From contig CACGDL010000001.1 in the NCBI GenBank assembly GCA_902571795.1, forward strand, positions 9,222-73,221: DNA of 64,000 nucleotides. The letters run 5' to 3'. The position numbers were made by a program, and so were the translations under genes. Numbering within the stretch: position 1 is the stretch's first letter; each line of letters starts with the position of its first letter. The DNA comes from an uncultured Prochlorococcus sp. (lineage in GTDB: Bacteria > Cyanobacteriota > Cyanobacteriia > PCC-6307 > Cyanobiaceae). The notes below the pieces were generated by a model. It made no database searches. It worked only from the letters and a program-made list of their open reading frames with translations, and was not told the DNA's origin. Positions 14,685-29,407 of this stretch are shown piece by piece.

Positions 14685-15221
14685 CTATTCAAGAAAAACT
14701 CCTTCTTCATTATCAATATTATTTAAACGTAAACTAATACTTTCAATTTTACTAGTAGGCACTTTTTTACCACAAAAATCTGGTTGAATGGGTAATTCTC
14801 TATGACCTCTATCTACCATTACTAACAACATCACTCTTTGAGGTCTGCCCCAGGAGTATAAAGCATCCATTGCAGCTCTAATCGTTCTTCCTGTATAAAT
14901 TACATCATCTATTAAAAGAATTTCTTGTTTCTCAATAGGAGTTGGAATATCTGTAGCTTTTATTAAACGAGTTCCAACTCTACTTTGGTCATCTCTATAA
15001 AAAGTTGGATCAATTGTTCCTTTTCTAACTCTTAAACCTGTCTTAGAGAGTAATTCCTTTTCTAGCAATTCGGTCAGCTCAATTCCTCTAGTCGGGATTC
15101 CAACCAATATTAGGTTATCCAGTTTTTTTACTTTTTCGATAATTTCAGAAGTTAAACGTGAAATGGTCTTTCTTAGCTCAACTTCATTAAGTATCACGAT
15201 CTTTTTTAATTTCTTTGACAT
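14685..15221 (-). CDS. pyrR: Pyrimidine regulatory protein / uracil phosphoribosyltransferase
   Basis: GIPTRG, TFYRDD, DDVIYTGRT, DRGHRELPI. Confidence 0.95.
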   Translation of the reverse strand: MSKKLKKIVILNEVELRKTISRLTSEIIEKVKKLDNLILVGIPTRGIELTELLEKELLSKTGLRVRKGTIDPTFYRDDQSRVGTRLIKATDIPTPIEKQEILLIDDVIYTGRTIRAAMDALYSWGRPQRVMLLVMVDRGHRELPIQPDFCGKKVPTSKIESISLRLNNIDNEEGVFLE

Positions 15222-15358
15222 GATTTATCAATAAATAAAAGTCGTCTAATATTTTCATAAATTAGCAAAAGCTAACTATTTTAAATATAAATTGTTAAAG
15301 AGTAAGGTTTAAAGCTAAATTGAAGGTTGGATCAGTTAAAAATGAATTTGATCTAAAT

Positions 15359-16981
15359 ATGTCAAAGATTAGCAGCAAAAATATAACAAGATTAAGTGTT
15401 CCTCAGAGCCCTGTAGTTCTTGCAATACTTGATGGATGGGGTTATCGAAAAGAAAAATCAGATAATGCAATAAAAAGTGCCAATACGCCAATCATGGACT
15501 CATTATGGCATGCTTACCCCCATACTCTTCTAAGTGCTAGTGGATCTGATGTAGGCCTCCCAAATGGTCAAATGGGCAATTCAGAGGTTGGGCACCTTAC
15601 CATTGGTTCGGGAAGAATAATACAACAAGAACTTGTAAGGATTTCAAATATCGTAAAAAATAATCAGTTAGGTTTGGTTAATGAGTTAAAAGAGATGGCT
15701 GATTCATTAAAGAAAAATAATTCTACTTTGCATATCGCGGGATTATGTTCCGATGGAGGTGTACATAGTCATATAGATCATTTGTTAGGTTTAATAAAAT
15801 GGGCATCTGATAATGAAATCAAAAAAGTTGCAATCCATATTATTACCGACGGAAGAGATACTCCTGCAAAAAGTGCCTCTAAATATCTAAATCAAATAGA
15901 ATCATGTATAAAAAAATTTAATACTGGCGAAATAGCTTCCATATGCGGAAGATACTGGATAATGGACAGAAATCTTTTATGGGATAGAACAGAGAAAGCA
16001 TATGCTAATTTAACTGATCCAGATATTCAAATAACAAATATTTCTCCTAAGGATTACATAGAAAAAAGTTATGCCAAAAACATAACCGATGAATTTATTG
16101 AGCCCATAAGAATTTCTGAAAACTATCTTAAAGATGGAGATAGCTTTATTTTCTTTAACTTTCGTCCAGACAGAGCAAGACAAATAGTTAAATCCCTTTC
16201 AAACAATGAATTCTCAGACTTTGAAAGAAAAAATTTTCCAAATCTAGATTTTATCACTTTTACTCAATATGATCAGAACTTTCCCGTTAAAGTTGCATTT
16301 CCTCCTGAATCCCTCAATAATTTTATAGGTCAAATAGTTTCAGAGAACGGACTTAAGCAATACAGAACCGCGGAAACAGAAAAATATCCTCACGTAACAT
16401 ACTTTTTCAATGGAGGAGTTGAAATTCCTTTACCAGGAGAAGAGAGACATTTGATTCCATCTCCAAGAGTCGCAACTTACGATATGGAACCCGAAATGTC
16501 CGCGGAAGAATTAACTATTAGTTGCTCTAAAGCAATTAAAAGTGGAAATTATGCTTTTGTTGTAATAAATTTTGCCAATCCTGACATGGTTGGTCATACA
16601 GGCAACATGGATGCGACAATTAAAGCCATAGAAAAAGTTGACAAATGTATAGGTCAAATAGTTAATGCTACTGGAGAAATGGGTGGAAGCATTCTTATTA
16701 CAGCCGATCATGGTAATGCAGAGGTAATGAAAGGACCTGAAGGAGAACCATGGACTGCTCACACAATAAATAAAGTTCCATTAATTTTGATTGAAGGTGA
16801 AAAAAGAAAAATCCCAAATATGGGAAATGAAATTAATTTAAGAGATAATGCCGGCTTAGCAGATATTGCTCCCACTTTATTACAATTATTAAAACTCCCA
16901 ATACCAAGAGAAATGACAGGCAAATCACTTATTCAAGAAATTGAATTAAAAGGTTATAATAAAGTCGTTCAACACGTTTAA
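15359..16981 (+). CDS. gpmI: 2,3-BPG-independent phosphoglycerate mutase
   Basis: [31 protein letters not shown]. Confidence 0.97.
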   Translation: MSKISSKNITRLSVPQSPVVLAILDGWGYRKEKSDNAIKSANTPIMDSLWHAYPHTLLSASGSDVGLPNGQMGNSEVGHLTIGSGRIIQQELVRISNIVKNNQLGLVNELKEMADSLKKNNSTLHIAGLCSDGGVHSHIDHLLGLIKWASDNEIKKVAIHIITDGRDTPAKSASKYLNQIESCIKKFNTGEIASICGRYWIMDRNLLWDRTEKAYANLTDPDIQITNISPKDYIEKSYAKNITDEFIEPIRISENYLKDGDSFIFFNFRPDRARQIVKSLSNNEFSDFERKNFPNLDFITFTQYDQNFPVKVAFPPESLNNFIGQIVSENGLKQYRTAETEKYPHVTYFFNGGVEIPLPGEERHLIPSPRVATYDMEPEMSAEELTISCSKAIKSGNYAFVVINFANPDMVGHTGNMDATIKAIEKVDKCIGQIVNATGEMGGSILITADHGNAEVMKGPEGEPWTAHTINKVPLILIEGEKRKIPNMGNEINLRDNAGLADIAPTLLQLLKLPIPREMTGKSLIQEIELKGYNKVVQHV

Positions 16982-17003
16982 AGTTAATAATAGTTTTTGA
17001 GCA

Positions 17004-17231
17004 ATGATTCAAATTTTTAGTTGGATATGGGTATTTTCTGGAGTCTTTCTCATTCTCTTAGTTTTACTTCATAGTCCTAAAGGTGATGGGATGGGAGGAA
17101 TAGCTGCCAGTGGAAGCTCTATGTTCAACAGCGCAAGTAGTGCAGAAGCCTCTCTAAACAAAATAACTTGGACTTTTTTAGTGATATTTTTATCTCTCGC
17201 AATTATTCTCAGCGCTGGTTGGATTTCATAA
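17004..17231 (+). CDS. secG: Preprotein translocase SecG
   Basis: VLLHSPKGDG motif; two TM segments. Confidence 0.93.
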   Translation: MIQIFSWIWVFSGVFLILLVLLHSPKGDGMGGIAASGSSMFNSASSAEASLNKITWTFLVIFLSLAIILSAGWIS

Positions 17232-17243
17232 AAAGTATAATAA

Positions 17244-17272
17244 AAAAGGGACCATTTTGAATGATCCCTTTT
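17244..17272. terminator. Bidirectional terminator between convergent secG and groEL
   Basis: AAAAGGGA...TCCCTTTT inverted repeat. Confidence 0.7.
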
Positions 17273-17300
17273 AAAGAAGTAATTAAAAACAAATTTTTAG

Positions 17301-18965
<1,665 letters not shown>

Positions 18966-18989
18966 TTAATAATTTTTGAAACAAATACT

Positions 18990-19301
18990 TTAGCTTACTA
19001 CAGCCAAAATATCCTTTTCCGAGAGCAAGACATATTCATCTCCTCCCAATTTGATGTCTGTTCCAGCATATTTGCTGTACAAAACTTTATCGCCAATACT
19101 CACTTCTGGAGTTTGTCGAGAACCATCGTCATTAAGTTTGCCAGGGCCCACCTGAGCAACTTCTCCAACCTGTGGTTTTTCTTTAGCTGAATCAGGCAAA
19201 AGAATGCCCCCAGCAGTTTTTTCCTCAGATGCGGAAACTTTAATAAATATTCTATCTCCCAGTGGTTTTACTGTAGAGACTGTAAGTGAAACAGCTGCCA
19301 T
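18990..19301 (-). CDS. groES: Co-chaperonin GroES
   Basis: [14 protein letters not shown]. Confidence 0.99.
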
Positions 19302-19419
19302 AAATTAATGGAGGATCATGATTGAGACGCTTTGCGCCATAAAATTAGGAAAGAGAATTTCTCCATCCATATCTTCAACAACATAATCTGCAAAGAGGCA
19401 ATTAAACCATACTTAAACT

Positions 19420-19435
19420 GTGCGGGTGGCCGAAC
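19420..19435 (-). promoter_or_regulatory. K-box upstream of groESL
   Basis: Minus strand GTTCGG-CCAC-CCGCAC matches the GTTCGG-NNAN-CCNNAC consensus. Confidence 0.8.
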
Positions 19436-19518
19436 CCATTTAACGAATCTACCCATGAGGTGGTAGTATTTTCGGATTATGAGCTGTTTAAAATCAGCTA
19501 ATCATCACCAATCAATAA

Positions 19519-20982
<1,464 letters not shown>

Positions 20983-21027
20983 ATATTTGAATATATATAT
21001 ATATTTAACCTTCAATAATTTAAATTT

Positions 21028-21432
21028 ATGGCAATTTCTCTAAAAGTTTTAGCTCCTAATAAAAATGTTTATCAAGGCGAAGCTGAAGAAGTAATCCTTC
21101 CTAGTACTACTGGTCAACTTGGTATATTACCAGGACACATCTCTTTAGTTACTGCTATAGATATTGGCGTTTTAAGGCTAAGAATGAATTCCCAGTGGAA
21201 ATCAATAGCTCTAATGGGAGGCTTCGCTGAAATTGAATCAGATGAAGTCATAGTTTTAGTAAATAATGCTGAAATTGGTTCTGAGATTAATGTTCAAAAT
21301 GCTGAAAAAGATCTTAAAGAAGCAAAATTAGCAATTAGCAAATTTGGTGAAAATGAAAAAAATCCTGAGAAAATTAAAGCCTTAAAAGAGGTTTCGAAAG
21401 CTGAGGCTAGGATTCAAGCAGCAAAGAACTAA
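21028..21432 (+). CDS. atpC: ATP synthase F1 epsilon subunit
   Basis: GQLGILPGH; follows beta. Confidence 0.97.
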   Translation: MAISLKVLAPNKNVYQGEAEEVILPSTTGQLGILPGHISLVTAIDIGVLRLRMNSQWKSIALMGGFAEIESDEVIVLVNNAEIGSEINVQNAEKDLKEAKLAISKFGENEKNPEKIKALKEVSKAEARIQAAKN

Positions 21433-21435
21433 TAT

Positions 21436-21912
21436 TTAAGCGGTTCCACAAAAAGTTACTTCAGGAAACTTTAATTTGGCTTCTTCTAATTTTTTTGTTT
21501 TACCTTCTTCTTGCCAATAATTTATTACTTCAGTAGCTTTATTCAATATTTCTACTCTTTCGTTATCTGTAATCCAACCTTTATTCTCTAGTTCACTTTT
21601 TAATTTTTCCCAAGCATCATCTCTTGGCCAAAAATAATAAGCAGTAAGAGGACTTGGTCCTCCACCTACTATTTGATCGACCGCCAAAGCAACATTATCA
21701 GGTAACCACAATACTTTAATTATAAACCTTCCTTCATCAGGTTTAGGGGTATAACCAGTAGGTACTCCATCTTCATCAATTGTGGCAGCTGCTAATACAG
21801 CTGTAGCACCCATCATTCCTAGTTTAGTAGAAGAATTTTTAGACTTTGGGGCCTCAATGTTTTTTTCTTTTTTTTCTGTTGAATTTTGATTTAACTTATC
21901 TGATGAGGTCAT
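21436..21912 (-). CDS. ycf65: 30S ribosomal protein PSRP-3/Ycf65
   Basis: [13 protein letters not shown]...[14 protein letters not shown]. Confidence 0.88.
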   Translation of the reverse strand: MTSSDKLNQNSTEKKEKNIEAPKSKNSSTKLGMMGATAVLAAATIDEDGVPTGYTPKPDEGRFIIKVLWLPDNVALAVDQIVGGGPSPLTAYYFWPRDDAWEKLKSELENKGWITDNERVEILNKATEVINYWQEEGKTKKLEEAKLKFPEVTFCGTA

Positions 21913-22018
21913 TCACTTATTTATGTTTAATAAATAATTTATCAGTTTATGGTCACATTTTGATTGATTTATTCAAAACTTTTTGATTTTAGTAATTGAT
22001 AACTCATAAACAGGATTT

Positions 22019-22177
22019 TTATCTATCATGAGATACTTCATAAAAATCATAAATAGTGGCTTCCAATGCATCCCAAAGATCTTTGGGGATATCGTTTTCT
22101 TCTGCAAACATGCCAAGCTGACTGGCTAAGCCTCTTGCTTGAGAAAGTTTTGAATCATATGAATCGGAATTATTCAT
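22019..22177 (-). CDS. 52-aa acidic hypothetical protein
   Basis: Hand-translated MNNSDSYDSKLSQARGLASQLGMFAEENDIPKDLWDALEATIYDFYEVSHDR. Confidence 0.65.
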   Translation of the reverse strand: MNNSDSYDSKLSQARGLASQLGMFAEENDIPKDLWDALEATIYDFYEVSHDR

Positions 22178-22231
22178 TTTTGAGCTTTAAACTTAATAAA
22201 AAATAAATTTATTAACTTGATAAGTCAAATT

Positions 22232-23557
22232 TCAAAATTCTAAATCAGAAATTTCTTTTAATGCAGCAATACTTAAAACTTCTGGGTTTGAATCTGTGAC
22301 CAAAACATCATCTTCTATTCTTATCCCTATACCTTTCCATTTCTCATCAATATGAGGTTGTCCCTCAGGGACTGGAATCCTATCACTTATATATATCCCT
22401 GGCTCTACTGTAAGAATCATTCCACTCTGCAATGGAACTTCATAGTCTCCCATTCTGTATGCTCCGACATCATGAACATCTAAGCCGAGCCAATGTCCGG
22501 TTCTATGCATGTAAAGATGTTTATAAGATTGATTCTCAATGATCTCCTGAGTACTACCAGACAATAACCCAATTTCTTTTAATCCTTCTATCAGAATTGT
22601 TAAAGCAACATCATGAACAGCACTAGAATTCGATCCTTTTACAGCACTTTTAATTGCATTTTTCTGCGCACTTAATACAATTTCATAGATAACTTTTTGC
22701 TCTTTAGAAAACTTACCACCTATTGGAATAGTTCTTGTTATGTCTCCATTGTAGTAATCAATTAGTGAGCACCCAGCATCCACCAACAATAAATCCTCCT
22801 TCTTCAAGGGAGAGTTGTTTGAAGTGTAATGCAAAATACAGGCATTATCTCCTGATGCAACAATTGAGTTATAAGCTGGTCCTCTAGCCCCTTTTTCTAA
22901 AAAGAAACCCTCAAGCAGACCCTGAATTTGTCTTTCATTTTTCTTTGATGTGATAGATTTTCTAACTAGTTCATGAGCTTCTGCTGAAATTTGTATTGCC
23001 TCTCTCATTCTCTTAATCTCAAATTCACTTTTAATTAATCTCATCTCATTTAAATAAATTTCTGGAGATTTTATAGAATTTGCACCAATCCCGGATCTTG
23101 AGCGATTTTCAAGTTGTTGTGAAAATATCTCAAGTACTATTTTCTCTATTATTGGATGCTTTCCAATTGAAAAAACAAGTTCATCAGAACCATTTATATA
23201 AGTTGGGAGTAAATCTCTTAATTCGTTTATTGAGTGAGCCTTATCAGCCTTAAACTCTTTTTCAGCCCCTTCTAAACCCCATCTAAAGCCATGCCAGACT
23301 TCGCTTATAACATCTTTAGGAGCGACAAACATAATAAATCTCTCTCCCTTTGGCTTATGTGATAAGAAAAGAGCGATTGCATCTGGCTCATCGAAACCTG
23401 TTAAATACCAAAAATTACTATCTTGCCTAAAAGGATATTCACAATCAGCATGATGCTTTACAAGATTAGCCCCAGGGATAATAGCAGCTTTTCCACCTAA
23501 TTTATTTAGGAATATTTCTCTTCTTTTTTCAAAAACTGTATGGTCAGGTTCAAACAT
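22232..23557 (-). CDS. pepP: Xaa-Pro aminopeptidase
   Basis: FRQDSNFWYLTG, DITRT, GHWLGLDVHD, GIRIEDD. Confidence 0.95.
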   Translation of the reverse strand: MFEPDHTVFEKRREIFLNKLGGKAAIIPGANLVKHHADCEYPFRQDSNFWYLTGFDEPDAIALFLSHKPKGERFIMFVAPKDVISEVWHGFRWGLEGAEKEFKADKAHSINELRDLLPTYINGSDELVFSIGKHPIIEKIVLEIFSQQLENRSRSGIGANSIKSPEIYLNEMRLIKSEFEIKRMREAIQISAEAHELVRKSITSKKNERQIQGLLEGFFLEKGARGPAYNSIVASGDNACILHYTSNNSPLKKEDLLLVDAGCSLIDYYNGDITRTIPIGGKFSKEQKVIYEIVLSAQKNAIKSAVKGSNSSAVHDVALTILIEGLKEIGLLSGSTQEIIENQSYKHLYMHRTGHWLGLDVHDVGAYRMGDYEVPLQSGMILTVEPGIYISDRIPVPEGQPHIDEKWKGIGIRIEDDVLVTDSNPEVLSIAALKEISDLEF

Positions 23558-23631
23558 AAATTGTGTATTGGCGTGTTTAAAAAAAAAATGGAAGAATGGA
23601 TTAAAACAGAGTTAGTACCTAATCTACTTTA

Positions 23632-24615
23632 ATGGAACCAAGTGTTTACGGTTTATTTTTACTTATAATTATCATTTTAATTGGATCAGCATGTTGTTCG
23701 GGAGTAGAAGCAGCTTTTTTAGCCGTAAATTCAATTAGAATTTTAGAAATTGCCTCTAGACAAAAGCCAAAAAGTTCTGCAAATCAACTTCTAATACTTA
23801 GAAAACATCTTGGACGGACGCTGACTGTAATTACTATTACTAATAATGGATTTAATATAATTGGTAGTCTTATTTTAGGAGTATACGGAGCATTGGTAAT
23901 TAATAGCAGTTTTGGTTTGACTCTTTTTTCAATAACTTTTTACATACTAGTTGTTTTAGTAGGAGAAGTACTACCAAAAGCTCTTGGCACAAGATTTTCA
24001 GTTCAAATAGCTTTATTATCTGTTCCTATCTTGCGAATATTAAATACTTTAATGAGGCCATTCTTAATATTAGTTGAACAAATATTTCCGGTTATAACAG
24101 CAGAAAACGAAATTTCAACTGATGAAGAAGAAATTAGACAAATGGCAAAAATTGGAAGTCAAAAAGGTTTTATAGAGGCTGATGAGGCAGCAATGATATT
24201 TAAGGTTTTTCAATTAAATGATTTAAAAGCTAAAGACTTAATGACCCCTAGGGTATCGGCACCTTGTCTTGATGGGTCTTCAAATCTTGATGAAATTTCA
24301 AAACTTATAATGTCTGACAGTTCTCCATGGTGGGTTATTTTGGGAGATAAAGTTGACAAAATACAAGGGGTAGTAAAGCGTGAAAAAATTTTGGCAGAGT
24401 TAATTAATGGAAAAAATAAAAAATTATTATCAGAAATTTGCGAACCTGTGGACTACATTCCCGAAATGATTAAAGCAGATAAATTATTAACTAAATTTGA
24501 CAAGGACCATAAAGGAGTGAAAGTAGTAGTAGATGAATTCGGTGGATTCGTGGGAATTATTGGTGCGGAAGCTGTTTTATCTGTATTAGCCGGTTGGTGG
24601 AAGAATAAATCATGA
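23632..24615 (+). CDS. CNNM (DUF21)/CBS domain membrane protein
   Basis: N-terminal TMs, GEVLPK, MTPR, VVDEFGG. Confidence 0.9.
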   Translation: MEPSVYGLFLLIIIILIGSACCSGVEAAFLAVNSIRILEIASRQKPKSSANQLLILRKHLGRTLTVITITNNGFNIIGSLILGVYGALVINSSFGLTLFSITFYILVVLVGEVLPKALGTRFSVQIALLSVPILRILNTLMRPFLILVEQIFPVITAENEISTDEEEIRQMAKIGSQKGFIEADEAAMIFKVFQLNDLKAKDLMTPRVSAPCLDGSSNLDEISKLIMSDSSPWWVILGDKVDKIQGVVKREKILAELINGKNKKLLSEICEPVDYIPEMIKADKLLTKFDKDHKGVKVVVDEFGGFVGIIGAEAVLSVLAGWWKNKS

Positions 24616-25853
24616 AACAATTTAAAATTAAAGAAAATTATTTACTTTTAAAAAAATGGTGGGAGACCATTGACCTTACCAATTATGAAAAAAGTTTTTT
24701 TAATAGAGAAATAATTTCTTTTAATCAACAACTTTTAAGACTCAAAGAAAAAAAAATAAGAATTGGCGCATATGGTAAATCAGGGGTAGGGAAATCCTCC
24801 GTTTTAAATTCTTTATTAAAAAAAGACATATTCAAAACAGATATTATTAATGGGACCACAAAAGAAATACAATCGGAAACCTTGACTCTTAAAGATCAAA
24901 AACTCAATAGTTTAGAGTTGTTAGATTCTCCAGGATTTGATTTCTGCAATATTAAATTCCCTGATAAAGTTTATTCTCACATAAATCATTCAGATCTTAT
25001 TCTTTTTATAGTTTCGGGAGATTTAAATAGAAATGAGTTAAACGAAATTAGCTCTTTTATAAAAGATGGGAAAAAAATTATTTTAATTTTAAACAAAATC
25101 GATCTATTTAATAAAAATGAATTAAAAGATATAGTTGAAAATATAAAGTTTAAGCTTCCAAAAGATTTAAATATTCCAATAATTATTAATCATGAAAACA
25201 ATCTTAAAAATTACATAGCAAAATTAATCAATCAATATGGTGAGATACTATTAACACTAAATTCTATTCAATTAGCTGATAAATTGTTTCTCCGATTAAA
25301 AAAACAAAGATTCAAAAGAAGGCAGAAATCCGCTCAATCAACTATTGGTAAATTTTCAACTATAAAGTCATCCGCAGTAGCTCTTAATCCTTTTATTTTA
25401 TTTGATGTTGCTGGTAGTTTCGCACTAGATACTGCATTGATTAACGAATTAAGTAAGATTTACGGCCTAAAGTTGAAAGGTGAATCTACAAGAAAAATAT
25501 TTAAAAATATATCCATTAATAATTTATGTTTGGGAGTCACTCAAGTCGGCATTAATACCTCTTTCAACCTTATTAAGAAATTAATTCTTATAACAGCACC
25601 ATTCACTAACGGTCTTTCATTATTACCCTATGGACCCATAGCAATTATTCAAGCAGCAATCGCTGTGCACTCTACAAAAATTCTAGGGAAATTAGCGGCC
25701 AAAGAGATTTTTATAAGAAGCAAAGCTTCTTTTATAGAACCCGCTTTTATGATCAAAAATATGACTTTAAATGACCCAGAGATTTTTAATCACTTAAATT
25801 TTTATTTTTCAAATAGAAATTTAAATAATAATTTTTTTAGCATTCTGCCTTAA
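24612..25853 (+). CDS. GTP-binding protein (Era-like + DUF697)
   Basis: GKSGVGKSS, DSPG, NKID. Confidence 0.85.
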   Translation: MKQFKIKENYLLLKKWWETIDLTNYEKSFFNREIISFNQQLLRLKEKKIRIGAYGKSGVGKSSVLNSLLKKDIFKTDIINGTTKEIQSETLTLKDQKLNSLELLDSPGFDFCNIKFPDKVYSHINHSDLILFIVSGDLNRNELNEISSFIKDGKKIILILNKIDLFNKNELKDIVENIKFKLPKDLNIPIIINHENNLKNYIAKLINQYGEILLTLNSIQLADKLFLRLKKQRFKRRQKSAQSTIGKFSTIKSSAVALNPFILFDVAGSFALDTALINELSKIYGLKLKGESTRKIFKNISINNLCLGVTQVGINTSFNLIKKLILITAPFTNGLSLLPYGPIAIIQAAIAVHSTKILGKLAAKEIFIRSKASFIEPAFMIKNMTLNDPEIFNHLNFYFSNRNLNNNFFSILP

Positions 25854-25860
25854 AACTTAA

Positions 25861-26439
25861 ATGGTTAAAAGCATCGCATTATTTGGTACCAGTGCAGATC
25901 CACCAACCATTGGACATAAAAAAATACTTGAAGAATTATCCAAAATCTATGCTTTTACAATTTGTTATGTTAGTAACAACCCCAACAAAAATCACAAAGA
26001 GGATATCTCAATCCGTAGCCATTTATTAAAAACTCTTATTGAAGATTTAGATAATCCTAAAATTTTATTTAATCAAGGTGTTAGTAGCCAATGGGCTGTA
26101 GAGTCAATAAAAAAATGTAAAAGAATTTATGAATTAAAAAATTTAGATTTTGTTATTGGTAGCGATTTAATTAAAGATATTTTCTACTGGAAAAATTTTG
26201 ATAAAATTAATGATGAGGTTAGATTTTTAGTAATTTTAAGAGAGGGATATCCAATTGAATCAAATACTCTTAAAATGTTTGCAACTTATAAAGTGAAATT
26301 TAAGATTTCATCCATAAAAATTCCAAACATTTCAAGTTCTAAGCTCAGGTCAAATTTTAATTATTCTAATTTACCAACTTCATTAATAGATATTGTTAAA
26401 AAGAATAATTTATATGAATCCACTAAATTAGTTGAATGA
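25861..26439 (+). CDS. nadD: Nicotinate-nucleotide adenylyltransferase
   Basis: GTSADPPTIGH, IGSD, ISSS. Confidence 0.92.
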   Translation: MVKSIALFGTSADPPTIGHKKILEELSKIYAFTICYVSNNPNKNHKEDISIRSHLLKTLIEDLDNPKILFNQGVSSQWAVESIKKCKRIYELKNLDFVIGSDLIKDIFYWKNFDKINDEVRFLVILREGYPIESNTLKMFATYKVKFKISSIKIPNISSSKLRSNFNYSNLPTSLIDIVKKNNLYESTKLVE

Positions 26440-28133
26440 AGTTTTTACTTGCTCAAATCAATCCAGTTGTTGGTGATTTAGAGGGGAATGCAAAAAAAAT
26501 ACTTTGTACTGCTTCGAAAGCTAGCTCAAATTCTGCAGATTTAGTTCTTACTCCAGAATTATCACTATGGGGATATCCAGCAAAAGATCTACTTCTAAAA
26601 AAAAAATTAATCGAAAATCAATATCAAATTCTTGACAAATTATCCTTAGATATTAGTAAAGAATATGGAAACTTGAGCATCACAGTAGGGATAGCTGAGA
26701 TAATAAATGATTCTTTTTTCCCAAATCTTTATAATTCTATTGCTTTGCTTGAGCGCGGTGAGTGGAAAATAATTGCTCGTAAAATTATTCTTCCCACCTA
26801 TGAAGTATTTGATGAGAAAAGATACTTTAGATCAGAAGAAAAAGTTTCCGTATTAACAAAAGAAATTAACAATAAAACTTGGCGACTTGGCTTTACTATA
26901 TGTGAGGATTTATGGGTCAACAAAAATATTGAAGGTAGAGGAATTCATAAAAAGAACCCTATTTTTGATTTAAAGAAAAAAAAAGTTGATATCTTAGTGA
27001 ACTTATCGGCCTCCCCATATACATTCAAAAAGTTAGAGCTAAGATCCAAAGTTTCCAGCTTTGCTGCTCACTATCTTCAAGTACCGCTGATTTATGTAAA
27101 CCAGATTGGAGCAAATGATAATTTAATTTTTGATGGAAATAGTTTTATTCTTGATAAGAATGGATCTAAAATTAAGCAATTAAAATCTTTTTCAGAAGAC
27201 CTCTCCATTTGGGACATTAAGCAAACAAAACCTCAAAAAAATAAATTTGAAAAGTCTGAGATGTCATCAATTTTTGATGCATTAGTCCTTGGTGTTAAGG
27301 ATTATGCTCAAAAATGCGGATTCAAAACAGCTTTAATTGGACTAAGTGGTGGTATTGATTCAGCACTAGTTTCAGCAATTGCGACAGCTGCTCTTGGCAG
27401 TAATAATATTTATTGCGTCTCAATGCCTTCTAAGTGGAGCTCATCTCATTCAAAGAGTGATGCGAAAGATTTAGCGAGAAGATTAAAAATAAATTTCAGT
27501 AGCATCCCAATTGAAAATTTGATGAGCTCTTTTGAAGAGTCTTTTATAAATACCATATCTTTCGAGATGGCTGAAATAACAAATCAAAATATTCAATCAA
27601 GAATCAGAGGAACGCTTCTGATGGCTTTAGCAAATCAAGAAAAGCATTTATTACTTTCAACAGGAAATAAATCAGAACTCGCCGTAGGATATTGCACACT
27701 TTATGGTGATATGAATGGGGGATTATCGGTAATTGGGGATTTATATAAAACTAATGTTTTTAAATTATGCAATTGGCTTGATAGTGAAGATTCAATTAAC
27801 CATAGAAAATCATATAAGTTAGATACTAATGTGGAGATAATTGGAAAAAATATACGTACGAAAGCTCCAAGTGCCGAATTAGGTCCTAATCAACTAGATA
27901 CTGACTCTCTACCACCTTATTCTATTTTAGATAATATTCTTAAAGGAATCATTGAAGAGAAAAAAGATTTACAACAACTAGAAGAAGATGGTTATAAAAA
28001 AGATTTAATTTTAAAAATTATCTCACTCATAAAAAAAGCGGAATTTAAAAGAAAGCAGGCTCCTCCAATCCTGAAACTAAGCAGCCAATCTTTAGGAAGT
28101 GACTGGAGAGTTCCCATAGCAATATCTTATTAA
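26436..28133 (+). CDS. nadE: Glutamine-dependent NAD+ synthetase
   Basis: Nitrilase domain (PEL, ICEDLW) plus SGGIDS, TGNKSE. Confidence 0.96.
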   Translation: MKFLLAQINPVVGDLEGNAKKILCTASKASSNSADLVLTPELSLWGYPAKDLLLKKKLIENQYQILDKLSLDISKEYGNLSITVGIAEIINDSFFPNLYNSIALLERGEWKIIARKIILPTYEVFDEKRYFRSEEKVSVLTKEINNKTWRLGFTICEDLWVNKNIEGRGIHKKNPIFDLKKKKVDILVNLSASPYTFKKLELRSKVSSFAAHYLQVPLIYVNQIGANDNLIFDGNSFILDKNGSKIKQLKSFSEDLSIWDIKQTKPQKNKFEKSEMSSIFDALVLGVKDYAQKCGFKTALIGLSGGIDSALVSAIATAALGSNNIYCVSMPSKWSSSHSKSDAKDLARRLKINFSSIPIENLMSSFEESFINTISFEMAEITNQNIQSRIRGTLLMALANQEKHLLLSTGNKSELAVGYCTLYGDMNGGLSVIGDLYKTNVFKLCNWLDSEDSINHRKSYKLDTNVEIIGKNIRTKAPSAELGPNQLDTDSLPPYSILDNILKGIIEEKKDLQQLEEDGYKKDLILKIISLIKKAEFKRKQAPPILKLSSQSLGSDWRVPIAISY

Positions 28134-29188
28134 TCACCATAAAAACACTGTTGGATTTTTTTTAAAGGCCGTTTAACTGAATCAAGATTGATACCTTTTT
28201 TGATAGCAAGAATTATGCCTGCAGCTTCTAAATAATTATCCACTTCAAAAAGATTGGGATAATCATAAAACTCATTTGTCACTTTTAATGTATTTTGATT
28301 TTTTACAGAGATAATATTTAAACCTTTTTCAATCCCTGCTAGTACTGCTTCTCCACCTAGTGCTCCATTAGGGACAACAATAGATTCAATCTGATCAGGG
28401 TGTAGTGAGATTGATTCATTTTTAGCGGGCAATTCAACAATGTCAGGTGCATTGCTTAACCCAATTAGTACTGAAGGTAAAAAGGTGAATCCTATTTCTT
28501 CTGCAGCTGCACGAGGATCTAAATTTTCATTCAATTCAATTGGATTTAAAGCAGGTGCATGAGCACAGGGAACTTTTAAAAATTTGCTAATTAAATGACT
28601 TATAACCGCTTCGACTCCTGAAATAGGATCAACCCCTTTCCCCTCTCGATAGATATTTGTCTCTAAAGAATCTGAATCATCTGGAAATTTTGCCACAATT
28701 GCTATTGCCGTAACTCCTTTTTCTATTAAACATTTTCCAGCATCAATTAGAGCATCAGGATTTTCAATTGTGCCACCACTGATTTTTGAAGAATCAGGAT
28801 CAATAACTATGTTTAATGGCTTTTTTGTAATCACATAAGAATGAATATTAATACCTAAAGTAGAAACACATGCATCAGCAACTTGTAAATGTCTCACTAA
28901 TATTTCTTTTTCAATGGCTGAATCAAAAATTATTCCAATTTTCTGTTGCTTTACCCTTTTTAAACCGATTTCTCCTTTAGCAAGTCGGTCTAAACTATAA
29001 CCCTCAACATAAAAAATATTTTTATCTTTTTCTGAAAGAGTGCCGCCATTCATAACATTTGGATGAGTAATTAAACATCCACTTGCCGATGCTAATAATT
29101 TAGCTGTTGGAAGTGCATCCCCAGCAAAACCTCCTACTTCACAACCAATACCAGTTGGAACAATAAATATTGTTGGTGAATTTTCCAT
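28130..29188 (-). CDS. DUF3326 family protein
   Basis: PTGIGCEVGGFAGDALP, THPNVMNG. Confidence 0.88.
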   Translation of the reverse strand: MENSPTIFIVPTGIGCEVGGFAGDALPTAKLLASASGCLITHPNVMNGGTLSEKDKNIFYVEGYSLDRLAKGEIGLKRVKQQKIGIIFDSAIEKEILVRHLQVADACVSTLGINIHSYVITKKPLNIVIDPDSSKISGGTIENPDALIDAGKCLIEKGVTAIAIVAKFPDDSDSLETNIYREGKGVDPISGVEAVISHLISKFLKVPCAHAPALNPIELNENLDPRAAAEEIGFTFLPSVLIGLSNAPDIVELPAKNESISLHPDQIESIVVPNGALGGEAVLAGIEKGLNIISVKNQNTLKVTNEFYDYPNLFEVDNYLEAAGIILAIKKGINLDSVKRPLKKIQQCFYGD

Positions 29189-29215
29189 TATTAAAATATT
29201 TAAATTTATAATTTT

Positions 29216-29407
29216 TTAATTAGCTAAGACAGCTTTAATTTTAAGTTTTTTTGTTCCAAAAGAGTCAATAGAATTTTGAATATCAACAATTGACCATCGA
29301 ATTAAATCACCTTTTTTTTCTAAATTTGCAATGATAAAATTCCTTAAATTTTTTAATTTTATTGAAACTGGCCAATCTAAATAAAAATCAACTGAACTTA
29401 ATTTCAT
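29216..29407 (-). CDS. Small conserved hypothetical protein
   Basis: ORF track; overlaps the ferredoxin stop; GDLIRWSI motif. Confidence 0.7.
   Translation of the reverse strand: MKLSSVDFYLDWPVSIKLKNLRNFIIANLEKKGDLIRWSIVDIQNSIDSFGTKKLKIKAVLAN

Noticed and set aside
20991-21004. (AT)n run between atpD and atpC
   Set aside because: Low-complexity repeat expected in AT-rich DNA; no further support.
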